Source: Eledone cirrhosa (taxonomy: Eukaryota). Taken from it: a stretch of DNA of 64,000 bases. The position numbers and the translations under genes were made by a program. Shown here in pieces: positions 13,798-27,443 of the stretch; the stretch's first letter is position 1; every line of letters begins with the position of its first letter. The stretch is taken from NCBI GenBank assembly GCA_964016885.1, contig OZ024740.1, forward strand, positions 106,020,001 through 106,084,000, read 5' to 3'. Under the pieces are notes generated by a model, which was given only the letters and a program-made list of their open reading frames with translations, ran no database searches and had not been told where the DNA came from.

Positions 13798-14386
13798 CTA
13801 CTGGTAACATGTATCCCAGTACAACCTGTCTCATGGTCGGGTCGTTGGCGACTAAACTGGCAGCCCCACCAAGGTTTCTTGGTGAGGAGGGTGACTTTAG
13901 ACATCCTGCGGGACTAAAAACAAAACCTGTCAAAGGGCAAAGGAGCTCTTAAGAGTCAATGGCCATCCAAAATCACCGGGAGATATGACCCCTTAGCCTT
14001 TGTCAAGGCAGAATTCTAGGAGAAGGAAAACTCTGATATAACACCTGCAACCCTGATGGTATCCAATGATGTTGACTTGTTCTTCTTTTTGGTAAATATC
14101 ATCTTGGTTAAGAGAGTGGGACTAGCTTTGTGCAGTGCCTTTGCTCACTATAAAATCTTCACGGCACAGGCATTGCTTTATATCTGGAGATCTCTCTGCA
14201 CTTGTCGTCACATGGTACCATGGGCCCAGCACTATGTGTCAATAATTGTCACAAGTGTAGTGTTTGTACCAGAGTTTTCAAGTCGCTGGCTGAACTAAAA
14301 AGTCACACTCGTTCAGTGCATCGGTAGGGGTTCTCCTACATGGATATAAAGTAGTGGCCGTACTCGAAAACGAGTTGGCAGCCACC
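13798..14386 (+). mobile_element. RTE-derived non-autonomous element, copy 2
   Basis: Inverted near-identical copy of 11496-12100, flanked by (TGTA)n. Confidence 0.75.
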
Positions 14387-14401
14387 ATGTATGTATGTAT
14401 G

Positions 14402-14715
14402 CTGACTTGTTCTTCTTTTTGGTAAATATCATCTTGGTTAAGAGAGTGGGACTGGCTTTGTGCAGTGCCTTTGCTCACTATAAAAGCTTCACGGCACAGG
14501 CATTGCTTTATATCTGGAGATCTCTCTGCACTTGTCATCACCTGGTACCATGGGCCCAGCACTATGTGTCAATAATTGTCACAAGTGTAGTGTTTGTACC
14601 AGAGCTTTCAAGTCGCTGGCTGGACTAAAAAGTCACACTCGTTCAGCGCATCAGTAGGGGTTCTCCTACATGGATATAAAATAGTGGCCGTACTCGAAAA
14701 CGAGTTGGCAGCCAC
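14402..14715 (+). mobile_element. RTE-derived element, copy 3 (5'-truncated, tandem to copy 2)
   Basis: Repeats the 3' ~315 bp of copy 2. Confidence 0.75.
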
Positions 14716-14834
14716 CATCTATGAATGTATGCCTGTATGTCTGTATGCATGTGTGTATGTATATATGAAGAAAGATGTAAGTTATGTATATTAAATATAT
14801 TGTATAATAATTTCCCTATATACGTATATATACA

Positions 14835-14922
<88 letters not shown>

Positions 14923-14926
14923 ACTG

Positions 14927-15008
<82 letters not shown>

Positions 15009-15341
15009 TGGCTGTCTGTCTGTGTGTGTATGCGTGTCCGGAAATGATTATACAATATATTTAATCGTCACAACTTAACTTAATATAAATGTAATATACT
15101 TCATAAAAGTCACTCTGTGGTTAACTAGTTTGGAAATTGATATTGTCTAGAACTTTTATTAAAACAGTTGCTGCTTTGAAATCAGAATTATTGATCTCAA
15201 CAGAAATTTCATATTACACCAAATAAGGCTGTATAAGACAACTTCTAAACTGTCTTTCTTAGCTACAATAACGTACGAACATCAGGTAATATATGTATAT
15301 ATATACTTATATATATATGTTCTTCTGGTTTTATATTTTTA

Positions 15342-16260
15342 CTAGCAGTAGTACCCGGCGTTGCACGGGATAAGGTATTTTGGAACGCGGGCCGCCAATA
15401 GACCTAATCGTGGAAAAACTGCATGCTTGGACAATATGTAAAGAAAATAAACTGAATACTCTGATGGCTTGATAATCTTTAAGATTTTCCTCGATGAAGC
15501 AGAAAAAATGCAAGTTTTCACCTAATGCGGGTCCTATGGGATCAAGAAAATGAATTTTTTTTATATGCATAATATGCCTTGAAATTTCGGGAAAATCGGC
15601 TAGAGGTAACGCCTCCAAAAAGCCCTAAGTAGCTGAAAAAATGAAGTGTTTCACCAAATGCAGGCCCTAGGCAATAAGAAAGTTGGATTTTCTTTGCTTA
15701 CGGTATGAAGAAGAGACCGACTAATACATAGTTACAATTTCAAGGAAATCGATCTGACGTAACGCCTAAAAAAAACCCTAACAATATTTTAAAAACGCAT
15801 TTTTTCACCTAATGCGGGCCTTAGGAGATAAGAAAGTTGAATTTTGATGTGCATAACACTCCCTGAAACATAAGTAATACACATGTAAAGTTTGAAAAAA
15901 TCGGTTGGGTAATTCTCGAGTTTTAGGGATTCAAACTCACACACACACACACACAGACATCCTCAGGGAAGTGATGTAATGCAGACAGCCAGACATACAG
16001 ACATGTATTATAAGGGCGCGACGTTATATATATGTATCTATTTAAAAAGAGAAAGACTAAGAATTATAGAGAGAGATCGCTAAACGCCTAATGTGGTCCC
16101 TAGGGCATAGAAAATTTGAAATTTGTTTTGCTCAGAACACTTCCTGAAACATAAGTATTACATGTGTAAAGTTTGAAAACAGTCGGTTGGGTGGTCTCGA
16201 GTTTTAGGGACTCGAACTCACACACACACAGACAGACATCCTCAGTTTTATATATATAGA
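15342..16260 (-). mobile_element. Non-autonomous Helitron with internal ~150-bp repeats
   Basis: Minus strand starts TCTATATATATAAAA and ends CCCGTGCAACGCCGGG (hairpin)-TACTACTG-CTAG|T. Four diverged cacctaatgcgggcc..agaaa.ttgaattt units. Confidence 0.8.
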
Positions 16261-16307
16261 CTAGCAGAAAACCGCCTCCGGGTGGTTCTCTGCTAGTATA
16301 TATATAT

Positions 16308-16337
16308 ATTACACACACAGAAATGTATATATATTTC

Positions 16338-16368
<31 letters not shown>

Positions 16369-16502
16369 TACACACACAGAAATGTATATATATTTCTGTG
16401 TGTATATATATATATATTACACACACAGAAATGTATATATATTTCTGTGTGTATATATATATATATATTACACACACACAGAAATGTATATATGTTTCTG
16501 TA
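16308..16502. repeat. Minisatellite of palindromic ~50-60-bp units
   Basis: acacacagaaatgtatatatatttctgtgtgt occurs four times. Confidence 0.8.
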
Positions 16503-16982
16503 GCACTTCTCAATTCCCCCTCTTGTAGTCTGTCTCTTTCTTTCACTCTCACTCTCTCTCTACGCGTGCGCAAAAAACATTCGCACGCGCGCACGTGTTT
16601 CCACTGTCGGACAGACAGACAGAGAAATTGCTGGTTATATATTATAAGGAGATAAATGTTTACCAATAGAGAGAGAGTCGGTTTATAACATAGACACAAG
16701 ACCCTCTTATCGGAATTTGAAAAACATCAACTTGGTAGATATGTATGCATGTCTGCATGCATGTGTGTGCATGTATGGATGTTATTGTATGTATAGATGT
16801 GTATGTTTTGACTTATACGTGTACATGTGCATATGCTTTGTACATGTGTATTAGATGCAGTATTTTTGGAATTTTTTACATATTGTAACTGTTCTATTAA
16901 TGGATTATACTTGTAATTTCCTAACTATGTATGTATTTATATATGTATGTATGTATGTATGTATGCAAACATGCATGCAGGC

Positions 16983-17031
<49 letters not shown>

Positions 17032-17036
<5 letters not shown>

Positions 17037-17239
17037 ACTAGAAATTGATTAACATATAAATAAACATGAATAATCACAGGAGATAATTTTACAAGTGTGT
17101 AAGCACTTAGGTATCTATTTTTGAAGTTCTGGTTAACTTTATTTAGTTATCTACCTAGCTATGTGTGCTTACACACTTGTAAAAATTATCTCCTGTGATT
17201 ATTCATTTTTATTTATATGTTAATCAATTTCTAGTTATA
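17032..17239. repeat. Fold-back with ~75-bp arms next to (TA)n
   Basis: taactagaaattgattaac..gtgtaagcac pairs with gtgcttacac..atttctagtta. Confidence 0.85.
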
Positions 17240-17365
17240 AAATGCTCGGACCTATTCGTTAGAATCTTAGAGCTTATTTTGCGGGTGATATGGTGCATGT
17301 CTTTCTGGCATGACACCCATAATTTTGATTATCTTAATTTTGAATATATATATATATATATATAC

Positions 17366-17443
<78 letters not shown>

Positions 17444-17556
17444 ATAGTTTAGGGATTGTAACGCGAAGTTGGTTCACCAAATTGAGCACTCGGAGTGTAG
17501 TTATAACCTCTCCAGTATGTATTCCGGGGTTGTACTAAGCAGAGTGTAATAGTAAT

Positions 17557-17960
17557 AATTGTTTCTACTTTTGGCACAAAGCCACCTTTTATCCCAGTAC
17601 ATTACTGGTACTTTATTTTATCGACCCCATAAGGATGAAAGACAAAGTTAACCTCGGCGGGATTTTGAAATCAGACCGTAAAGGGACGTAACTAAGCTTG
17701 AAAGCATGGCGTCGAACCCTCTGCCGATAATGCCAATCCACCTAGTAATAATTGTTTCTACTTTAGGCACAAGGCCAGCAATTACCCAGTGCATTACTGG
17801 TACTTTATTTTATCGACCCCGTAAGGATGAAAGGCAAAGTCAACCTCGGCGGGATTTGAACTCAGATCGTAAAGGGACGTAACTATGCTGGAAAGCATGG
17901 CGTCCGACCCTCTACCTATACTGCCAATCCACCACGCTCTACCGATACTGCCAATCCACC
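17557..17960 (-). mobile_element. Two tandem copies of the 7777 SINE family
   Basis: Copies at 17557-17742 and 17750-17960. tagtaataat is repeated at about 17550, 17743 and 17961. Confidence 0.88.
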
Positions 17961-18327
17961 TAGTAATAATAAGTAGGGACGAGGTGTCAAATTATCATTC
18001 AGCGTATTCAAGTATGTCGCGCGTTTTACGATTGATCAGTTCAAGGTTCGATCTCTATCGATCGGAAGCGACTCTAAAATCAAAAGGTTATCAGTCTTCT
18101 GTTTTCTTAATGACGGAATATTTCGCATATAGTGTTAACATATATCTGTTCTCATTTATTTGGGATGGTCAGTTGTTGTTTGTTTTGATTGGTTGTTTTG
18201 GGAAGAAAAAGAAAATGTGTGAAGAGGAGGTTGGGAGAGGAGAAGGGAAGATATAGTAAGAAGAAAGGGATTGCGAAACTGAAAAATGTTGGTGGGGTTC
18301 ATCCAGTGGTAAAGGTGGGGGTGGAAT

Positions 18328-18630
18328 ATGTATGTATGTACGTATGTTTGTATATATATATATATATGTATATGTATGTATATGTATATGTATATGTATA
18401 TATATATGTATATGTATATATATGTATATATATATATATGTATATGTATATATATATATGTATATATATGTGTATGTATATATATGTGTATATGTATATG
18501 TATATATATATATGTATGTATATGTATATATGTATATTTATGTATGTATATATATATATAGAGATATATAGATATATGTATATGTATATATGTGTGTGTA
18601 TATATCTATGTATATATGTGTGTATATGTG

Positions 18631-18677
<47 letters not shown>

Positions 18678-18702
18678 ATGTGTATGTATATATATATGTA
18701 TG

Positions 18703-18738
<36 letters not shown>

Positions 18739-18891
18739 TATGTATGTATATGTATATATATGTATATATGTATGTGTATGTATATGTATGTATATATATA
18801 TATGTATATGTGTATGTGTATGTATGTGTATATGTATGTATGTGTATGTATATGTATGTGTATATATGTATATGTGTATGTGTATATTTAT

Positions 18892-18941
<50 letters not shown>

Positions 18942-19168
18942 ATGTATGTATATATATGTATATGTATGTGTATGTGTGTATATGTATATATGTATATATG
19001 TATATATATATATATATGTATATATGTATATGTATATGTATATATGTATATATGTATGTATGTATATATATATGTATATATATGTATATATATATGTGTA
19101 TGTGTATGTATTTATATATATATATGTATATGTATATATATATGTATATGTATATATATGTGTGTATA
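18328..19168. repeat. Compound (TA)n/(TATG)n/(TG)n microsatellite
   Basis: Direct inspection. Confidence 0.95.
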
Positions 19169-19173
19169 TCTCT

Positions 19174-19576
19174 CTAAGGCGGGTAAAATTCCCAAGATCC
19201 ATGGACGAGTTCTCTCCAGCGGTCTCTGTCCCTCATTATCGCTGCCATGTCCTGCGTCTCCAACAGACCAGTGTCTGTCCTTAGGGCATCAACATACGTT
19301 AACCTTGGTCTTCCTCTTCTAGTGTGTCCATGTAGGGGCTCCCAAAGGAGCACTGAGTGCAATGTCAACTCTGGATGTCGGTGAGCATGTCCAGCTAACA
19401 TCAGTCTCTTCTGTGTCACTTTTGAGCTGACTTTTGGGATGCTCCCATACAGCTCTGCGTTCTGCCGACGACATAGTTTTGGTGACAAATACAGTGAAGG
19501 AGGCAGAGGATTTGATGCGGGAGGTTGAGACTGTGTCGATAGTGTGGGGCTGAGAATGAATGAGACTAAAACAAAA
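19174..19576. pseudogene. RTE-group LINE fragment with inverted 5' piece
   Basis: Minus strand: [33 protein letters not shown]. Plus strand from about 19464: [27 protein letters not shown]. Confidence 0.75.
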
Positions 19577-19630
19577 TGTGTGTATATATGTATATATATG
19601 TATATGTATATATATATGTATATATATATG

Positions 19631-19681
<51 letters not shown>

Positions 19682-19754
19682 GTATGTATATATATATATA
19701 TATATGTATATGTATATATGTATGTATATGTATATATGTATGTATATGTATATA

Positions 19755-19789
<35 letters not shown>

Positions 19790-20058
19790 ATATGTGTGTA
19801 TATGAATATATGTATATATATGTATATGTATGTATATATGTGTGTTTGTATATATGTGTGTATATATATGTATATATGTATGTATATATGTGTATATGTG
19901 TATCTAAATGTGTGTATATATATGTGTATATGTGTGTATATATATATGTATATATATGTATATATATGTACATATGTATGTATATGTATATATATATATG
20001 TATATATATGTATATATATATATGTATATATATATGTATATGTATGTATATATATATG

Positions 20059-20089
<31 letters not shown>

Positions 20090-20111
20090 GTATATGTGTG
20101 TATGTATGTAT

Positions 20112-20173
<62 letters not shown>

Positions 20174-20298
20174 GTATATGTATGTATGTGTATATGTATA
20201 TATGTGTATATATATATATGTATATATATATATGTATATATATATGTATATGTATATGTATGTATATATGTGTGGATATATATATGTATATATATATC
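19577..20298. repeat. Compound (TA)n/(TATG)n microsatellite
   Basis: Direct inspection. Confidence 0.95.
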
Positions 20299-20300
20299 TT

Positions 20301-20724
20301 CCGGGAGAGATTACCTCTTAGCCTTTATCAAGGCAGAATTCTAGGAGAAGGAAAACTCTGATATAACACCTGCAACTCTGATGGTATCCAATGATGTTGA
20401 CTTGTTCTTCTTTTTGGTAAATATCATCTTGGTTAAGAGAGTGGGACTGGCTTTGTGCAGTGCCTTTGCTCACTATAAAAGCTTCACGGCACAGGCATTG
20501 CTTTATATCTGGAGATCTCTCTGCACTTGTCATCAGGGTACAATGGGTACAGGGTACAATGGGCCCAGCACTATGTGTCAGTAATTGTCACAAGTGTAGT
20601 GTTTGTACCAGAGTTTTCAAGTCGCTGGCTGGACTAAAAAGTCACACTCGTTCAGCGCATCGGTACGGGTTCTCCTACATGGATATAAAGTAGTGGCCGT
20701 ACTCGAAAACGAGTTGGCAACCAC

Positions 20725-20726
<2 letters not shown>
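20301..20726 (+). mobile_element. RTE-derived element, copy 4 (5'-truncated), followed by a ~335-bp (TA)n tract
   Basis: Matches about 13975-14386; [26 protein letters not shown]. Confidence 0.75.
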
Positions 20727-20810
<84 letters not shown>

Positions 20811-20834
20811 CATATATATATATACATATACATA

Positions 20835-20933
<99 letters not shown>

Positions 20934-20950
20934 ATTTATATATATATATT

Positions 20951-21062
<112 letters not shown>

Positions 21063-21226
21063 ATGATCTTATTTATAGTTATGTATATACTATAAACAGG
21101 AAAGATCAGTAATTCATTACTACCTTATCACCAGTAAGGGAAATAGCTCAATATAAGAACATCAAGTGTGTTACAGAGCAGGAATATAAATTACACAAAT
21201 ATCAAAGTTATGTTCAAATCATTTAA

Positions 21227-21273
21227 TTGCTCACAATTGTTTTTTCCAAACTTTCGTTTAGAGTCATCGGAGC
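21227..21273 (-). ncRNA. Degenerate hammerhead motif in the 3' pseudo-LTR of PLE2
   Basis: Paralog of 24313-24359 with GAAA changed to AAAA and GTC to GTG, so probably inactive. Confidence 0.55.
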
Positions 21274-24200
21274 ATTATCAATGTTTGTACATATAATTAA
21301 CCTTCTATTCAACTGAACAATCATATAGATACATATGTATTGATATTGTGAACAACAGTTTAGTATTTACTGGGTGTAATGGATGCGACATATATTATAC
21401 GAGAATTGTACAAAAATTAAAATTAAAATTAAAAGCACTGAGTGGAATACATGCGACAGATAATACAAGAGAAAAGTCTAATAATTAAAGAGGCATTGAG
21501 AAAGAATGAGGACACTTGCAGTACATATGCAAGCGTGTAGTGAGTGCACATGCGTTAGTCATATATATGAGAAGGAAACAAGCAAAGGTATTAGCCATAT
21601 ATAAATACTGTATAGCAAGGTAATACATAAAATACAAGCACTCTAAGCGAATATGTTAGTGTATTAAAATTATGGAGGATGTAATGCGATGATAGTATCT
21701 GTAGATTTCAAATTTGTATGTGTGGAGAATATGAAAGTTATTCATTTCCTATCCATTACATATGTTAAATTATATTTTAGTTAATCTTTGTATTGAATGT
21801 TTTTAGTTAGTTATAGTAATGGATTGTACATTGGTCTTATTGTATTCATATTCATGGATTAGAGTTGTTCTACAGCGAGATATTCTAACGGTTTAATTTC
21901 CGGAAGTGAATATGAGATCCAAAATTAAGGAGAGCTAATTCGTGAGGGGGGGGGGTAACTAGCTCATTAAACTATTTAAATTCTTTGCTCTAATAGACAT
22001 TATATAGTGTCACAATTGAATCCCTTTTACATAATGTTATATATTTATATTTAATTTTAAATACACTCTACTCTCCCATAATATATTAAATGTTTCATTA
22101 GATTGTTATCTATCCATTACTAGACAAGATACAAGTTATGGAACAATGTATAGCTGTTTACATGTCCAATTAGTTAAACCCCATGTGTTAATAATTTAGT
22201 CCTTTATATACAATGCTATTAATTTATATATTTAATTATAAATGTATATATAATTCATTATCACATATTACATTTAATGTCTCTACATATTATATATCCA
22301 TTACTGTATATATTATAAGTAATCTAAAGTAGTTATATTAAAAGGCGGTGACTATATGTTTTTTTCTAATAGTTATTATAGAGTATAAGGTTTGAGATAA
22401 ATAGGAGTTGTGTAGAGGAAAGAGCAGATCAAAGAGTGTGATGCTGTGGGGGGAAGAAAAGTCCTAGAGGTGAAGTGTATCTGACATTGTTATATACTAG
22501 CGGCTACGTTTAAAGTTATGGTATGAGTGTCGGTAGTGGTGCTGGCATGAGGAAAACATCTCTGATTTTTTATTTAGGTCTAGTTTCGAAAAGATTATAG
22601 TACGGTTCTCTAGAAGACAGAGGTTACATAATGTATTCGGTGGTTTATACGATGTGGCCATATCTACTACTTCCCATTGAAGTGTTCATGGTCTATTCCT
22701 AGTTTTCAGAGAGTGTATGTGGCTAGACAATGAAGTGGAGTTGGCTAGATTGTGTTTTTTGAAAGAGTGGAGGTGCGAGTTGTATCTCGTCTTGAAGCTG
22801 TTCGAAGTAGAGCCAATATAGGTTTTAGAAGAGTTGTTTGTGTTAATGATGTCTTTGATTAAGCAATTATTACCTCAGGGGCAGGTTCTATTCGATCTAC
22901 AGTTACATTTATTTTGGATGTTAGCTTGCCGGTTACTGTGTTGTGTAGAAGTCTGGTTGCTATGGATAGCATTAGGGTAATGATGGTCGTCGTTCCTATT
23001 GTTATTGATTTCATTAGTTCTATTACCATTATTACTATTGCTACTAGGGTTTACAGGTACTATGTTGTTCTGTAAGTTTACCTCCTGTTGTGTTTTAATT
23101 AGTTGGAAATAATTATTAATCTTCCTTTTATTACTACTAGCTATATGGTATGCGATGTTAGGTGTGGTAGAGTAAGAGATTTTAATCGTATTTTTATTTA
23201 TAAGATTATGGTGTTTGTGGCCAGATGGGAAGTTTTTTCTAGGATTGAGAAGAAAGCCTTATGCAAGTTGGTAGAGACGTTTAGATTGAAAGGGGGATTG
23301 ACGAATGTATTAGTTCTTCTATTTTTGTTTTTGTAATGTCTTTTGAGGGATTTGTATTTCTGTTTATATTTTTATTGTGGTGTTTACTTTGGTGAGAGTT
23401 AAGTTTGATATTACCCTTCGTATTAGAGTAAGAGTGGTTAGTACTTTTATTATTATTATTTTTTTTTTTTTACCTCATGGCCATATTGGGAGAAATAATG
23501 CTGTAACTAAGTGATTTTATAGGGAGGAATTCAATCTCATTTTTATGGCCTGATTTAGCTAATGCCTGATTATAGTATTGGGAATTATTGTTAAATATGG
23601 TTCCGTTATATGATAGATTAGAAATTCTATTAGATGTTCCTTTAGTAATTGAGTTTAATATGAATTTAGGGTGGTTAGACTTTGTATCCACATAAGTTAG
23701 TTTTTCGTTTGGTTTATGAAAGGGTGTATATAATTTTGAGTCTAGGTAAAGGGTAGCATCAAGGAAGTTAACGTTTTTAGTGTTTTTATCTAGGGTGATA
23801 CTTAAGTTGAAGTTTTTGAAAATGTTATGTAATAGTTTCCTAGTTATTTCTATATTAAATTTTGTATAGTCTATAAGGAGTAGTGCATCATCGCGGTATA
23901 AACCACCATTGAGGTAGGGTAGGTTCTTATTAATTTCATTTAGTAGATATAGGCCCACCAAATCAGTGACCTGCGCCGAGTGACTAGATCCCATAGTTAT
24001 GTCAAAGTTGTTATGCGTATCCTTGCGGGTCCATAATTGATCTTCAAATGTAATTATGGTTTTTCGGGCCGCAACTATGACATCAATTTGGGATCTAGTC
24101 AGGTCACTATTATTCATGGCCATAACCATGGCCTTATTTAATAGGATAGGGGAAATAGTTTTAATTTGAATTTGTGTACAATTCTCGTATAATATATGTC

Positions 24201-24312
24201 GCATCCATTACACCCTGTAAATACTGAACTGTTGTTCACAACATCAATATATATGTATCTATATGATTGTTCAGTTAAATAGGAGGTTAATTATATGTAC
24301 AAACATTGATAA

Positions 24313-24359
24313 TGCTCCGATGACACCAAACGAAAGTTTGGAAGAAACAATTGTCAGCA
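24313..24359 (+). ncRNA. Type I hammerhead motif (U4C core variant) in the inverted pseudo-LTR of PLE2
   Basis: tgct-CCGATGA-ca-ccaaac gaaa gtttgg-aa-GAAA-caattg-TC-agca, followed by ATTAAA. Confidence 0.7.
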
Positions 24360-24395
24360 ATTAAATGATTTGAACATAACTTTGATATTTGTGTA

Positions 24396-24429
<34 letters not shown>

Positions 24430-25124
24430 TCATCATCATCATTTAACATCCTCTTCTCCTGCTACCCTGCTACCCGTGTTTGGGTGTATGTACGTGTGTG
24501 TGTCGGTGTATGAGGATATCACTATACATATATATATATGTGCGATACTATTTATTGTTGCCCTATAACCCTTTAATTTAATTATATGCCTGGATTCTAA
24601 TAAGAAATAATGCCCTGGAGAAATCGATTAACAATACTCAAAACATATACGAATATTTTACGACCAGATTTGGAAATCGAACCTGAAAAATGATTCGCTT
24701 TCGATGGACCTCCCCCTATGAAGCCCTTCTCTACCCAACTCATGTAACATCGGATGAATATATCACAGAAAATGAGTACGGAGTCCAGCTAAATCAAGGT
24801 GTCCAATTGTTGATCACTCCATTATAGCATATCTACCGTCGCTATACTAAAACAATGAAAATAACAGAGCTAATTGTATATCTAATTCGTTAATTCTATT
24901 AACTGATAATGTTACACCATATCAAAGTAACCAGTATCCGTTGTATCTATCCTATACTCCAAGTCCAATACCTGATATTTCACACCATCACACTCCGAGA
25001 CCAATATCTGATAATTTCACTCTATATCAAGGTAACCAGTATCTTTTGAATCTATCCTGTACCCCGAGGTAGTGTTTACATGTCATGCTTTACTTACAAT
25101 AGTAGATACTAATACTTCTACATG

Positions 25125-25308
25125 CGAGGGTCGGCTGAAAAGTTCATAGGGTGACCAAGATACTCTCATGGAATGACCAAATGAGATTTATTTTCAACAT
25201 AGTACCTGGAAAGAAACAATGCAGTTATTAATAAAAAGAGTTGGAATTAATGCATGCAAGATTTCACAACTCTAGCATCACTCCTTCATGTCAACCTATG
25301 AACTTTTC
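25125..25308. mobile_element. Tc1/mariner-derived MITE remnant
   Basis: cgagggtcggctgaaaagttcatagggtgac pairs with gtcaacctatgaacttttc. The outer right end is missing. Confidence 0.6.
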
Positions 25309-25593
25309 GAATACAATCCCAGCATTCGCTTTATGTCCTGCTTCGCTCATACATAGCAACTTCGATTATATTCATTATTAACCTATAAAACATGCAATGT
25401 TCATATTAACCTTTTATAAACTTTATCCATTAAGAAAGTTATGAAGAAGCAGAGTCGAGCAGGAGACAATGATCTGTAATTATGGTTTCTTATATTAATT
25501 TTCCATTCCATGTCTTTCTATGGAAATGTTTCGCTGACATGATTTTATTCGTAACGAAAGGGTCCAATGTATATCTATCAATCTACCTACCTA

Positions 25594-25677
<84 letters not shown>

Positions 25678-25797
25678 TGTATATATATATATGTGTATAT
25701 ATATAGAGAGAGAGAGAGATTACCCATTATACTACCCTAAGTATTGAGTAGTTTGGTACGTTATGGTCCATCTGGTTCCTTACCACAATTCCTTCTT

Positions 25798-25878
<81 letters not shown>

Positions 25879-26141
25879 GGAACAGTGGAAGGTAATATCC
25901 GTAGCGGTAGAACACTCAATCTAAGGGACGAGTTAGGTAGATGTGGTTACACAACAGTTAGTTCACCATACCGAGAACAATTGTTTCACCTTAGCGGATG
26001 TTCAGCTCGGAATGGGCATGGTTATAGGAACAGAAAGGACAACCGTACGAACGCGCATGCGCAAAAACCCGGTCACTTCACACGGGCAATACTAGACTGC
26101 GTGCGAGAGGTGTAAGGGATATAACTGCGAAACATCATATA

Positions 26142-26950
26142 ACGCTTGCCACACATCTCGGAAGTTGTTTTTTGATAATTTCCAATAGCCGAAATACGAT
26201 TCTCGCTAATTTATATTTGTATTAATCTCCAGAGTCTAGCTATTGACCAGTTAATTATCTTGATTTTTTTAGTTAATTCTATTGACTGATGAATAGCTTT
26301 TGTTAATTTTAAAACCATTCTGTTGAGAACTTAATTCGTTTTGTGATATTTTGCAATTTTGCAATAATAACACACATACTGAATTCATCCGCCAGAACTA
26401 AAGATGCCCCCCCCCCTTGTCGAGCCCAACGTGGGTTTTGATAACGGTCAGTCCTTCGCTTGGCACTTGAACTAAAAGCCTGTTGAGAAAGTGACTTCCT
26501 TGTTCGATCATCTTACCAAAAGCTTAACATTGAGTTCAAATCCCGCCGAGGTTAACTTTGCCTTTCATCCTTACGGGGTCGATAAAATAAAGTACCAGTA
26601 ATACACTGGAATAATTGCTGGCCTTGTGCCAAAAGTAGAAACAATTATTTGTCTAAGCAGACAGTACTTGATTTAGGAGTTGCAGAAACCCAAATGCTGG
26701 ATTTGACCAACCTTCCAGGGTTCCGGGTATAATTTTCAATCATATTTTATTTGTTTGACCCGAATTACTTGGTCGTTTCTATGGCTGTGCGGATAATGGT
26801 TTAACCATCGTCTCAGTGTGTTTGGCCCTTTAACTTATGTTGTTGCTCTAGTCCACTAGCTTCTATGGAGCGCTTGCCACACATCTCGGAAGTTGTTTTT
26901 CGCTAATTTCCAATAGCCTAAATACGATTCTCGCTAATTTATATTTGTAT
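26142..26950. repeat. ~80-bp direct repeats (26142-26222 and 26871-26950) bracketing ~650 bp
   Basis: cgcttgccacacatctcggaagttg..gattctcgctaatttatatttgtat occurs twice. Confidence 0.8.
26531..26648 (+). mobile_element. 5'-truncated copy of the 7777 SINE family
   Basis: Runs from the B box to gtagaaacaattatt. Confidence 0.85.
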
Positions 26951-26963
26951 ATATATATATCTA

Positions 26964-27047
<84 letters not shown>

Positions 27048-27300
27048 AGTACAGCATTAACGAAGCTTTAGATCGCAGCCAAGCTAACGAATGCAAATTC
27101 GGTATGTAGCTTTAGCACTCGGATAGAGAAAAGTATCCCAGAGTGATAACAATACGTTTAGACAGCTTAGCAAATCAAATATAACGATCGGCAATCCAGC
27201 TGCATCACCAGAGCAACGAAAATACAGGACTCAGGAAAAGATATATGTATGTATATATATATATATGTACGAGTCTACCATATATATATATGTATATAGT

Positions 27301-27443
27301 CACTTTACTAAGGCTAAGTAGGGAGTCTTGTTACTCTGGAGTTTCACCTGTTTATCACAGGGCCATCAGACAAAATCATGATCCTGTCATAAACAGACAA
27401 AGCTCCAGAGTCACAAGACTCGCGACTTAGCCTTTATAAAATG
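27301..27443. repeat. Imperfect fold-back with ~60-bp arms
   Basis: aaggctaagt..gagtcttgttactctggag..ctgtttat pairs with ataaacag..ctccagagtcacaagactc..acttagcctt. Confidence 0.75.

Larger units (their letters stand above)
21186..24401 (-). mobile_element. Penelope-like element PLE2, 5'-truncated, with inverted pseudo-LTRs
   Basis: RT 23470-24157 (FDITMGS, GGLYRDD, FLDATL, SNHP). GIY-YIG at about 22500-22915 (CNCR..CP*GNNCL..YIGSTS..FKTRY..H..CNLCLLE..LNKKSE..SCQH). Arms 21186-21427 and 24158-24401 are inverted. Confidence 0.88.

Noticed and set aside
16308-16502. Palindromic repeats resembling a CRISPR array
   Set aside because: Spacers are (TA)n rather than unique, the context is eukaryotic, and there are no cas genes.
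22680-22885. Two in-frame TGA codons in the PLE2 linker and endonuclease as selenocysteine (some Naiad PLEs are selenoproteins)
   Set aside because: They align with Leu and Tyr in PLE1, not with conserved Cys. All conserved Cys are TGY, no SECIS was recognised, and the copy is otherwise decayed.
24905-25070. Short degenerate tandem repeats (also 28597-28665)
   Set aside because: Ordinary local minisatellite duplications with no further signal.
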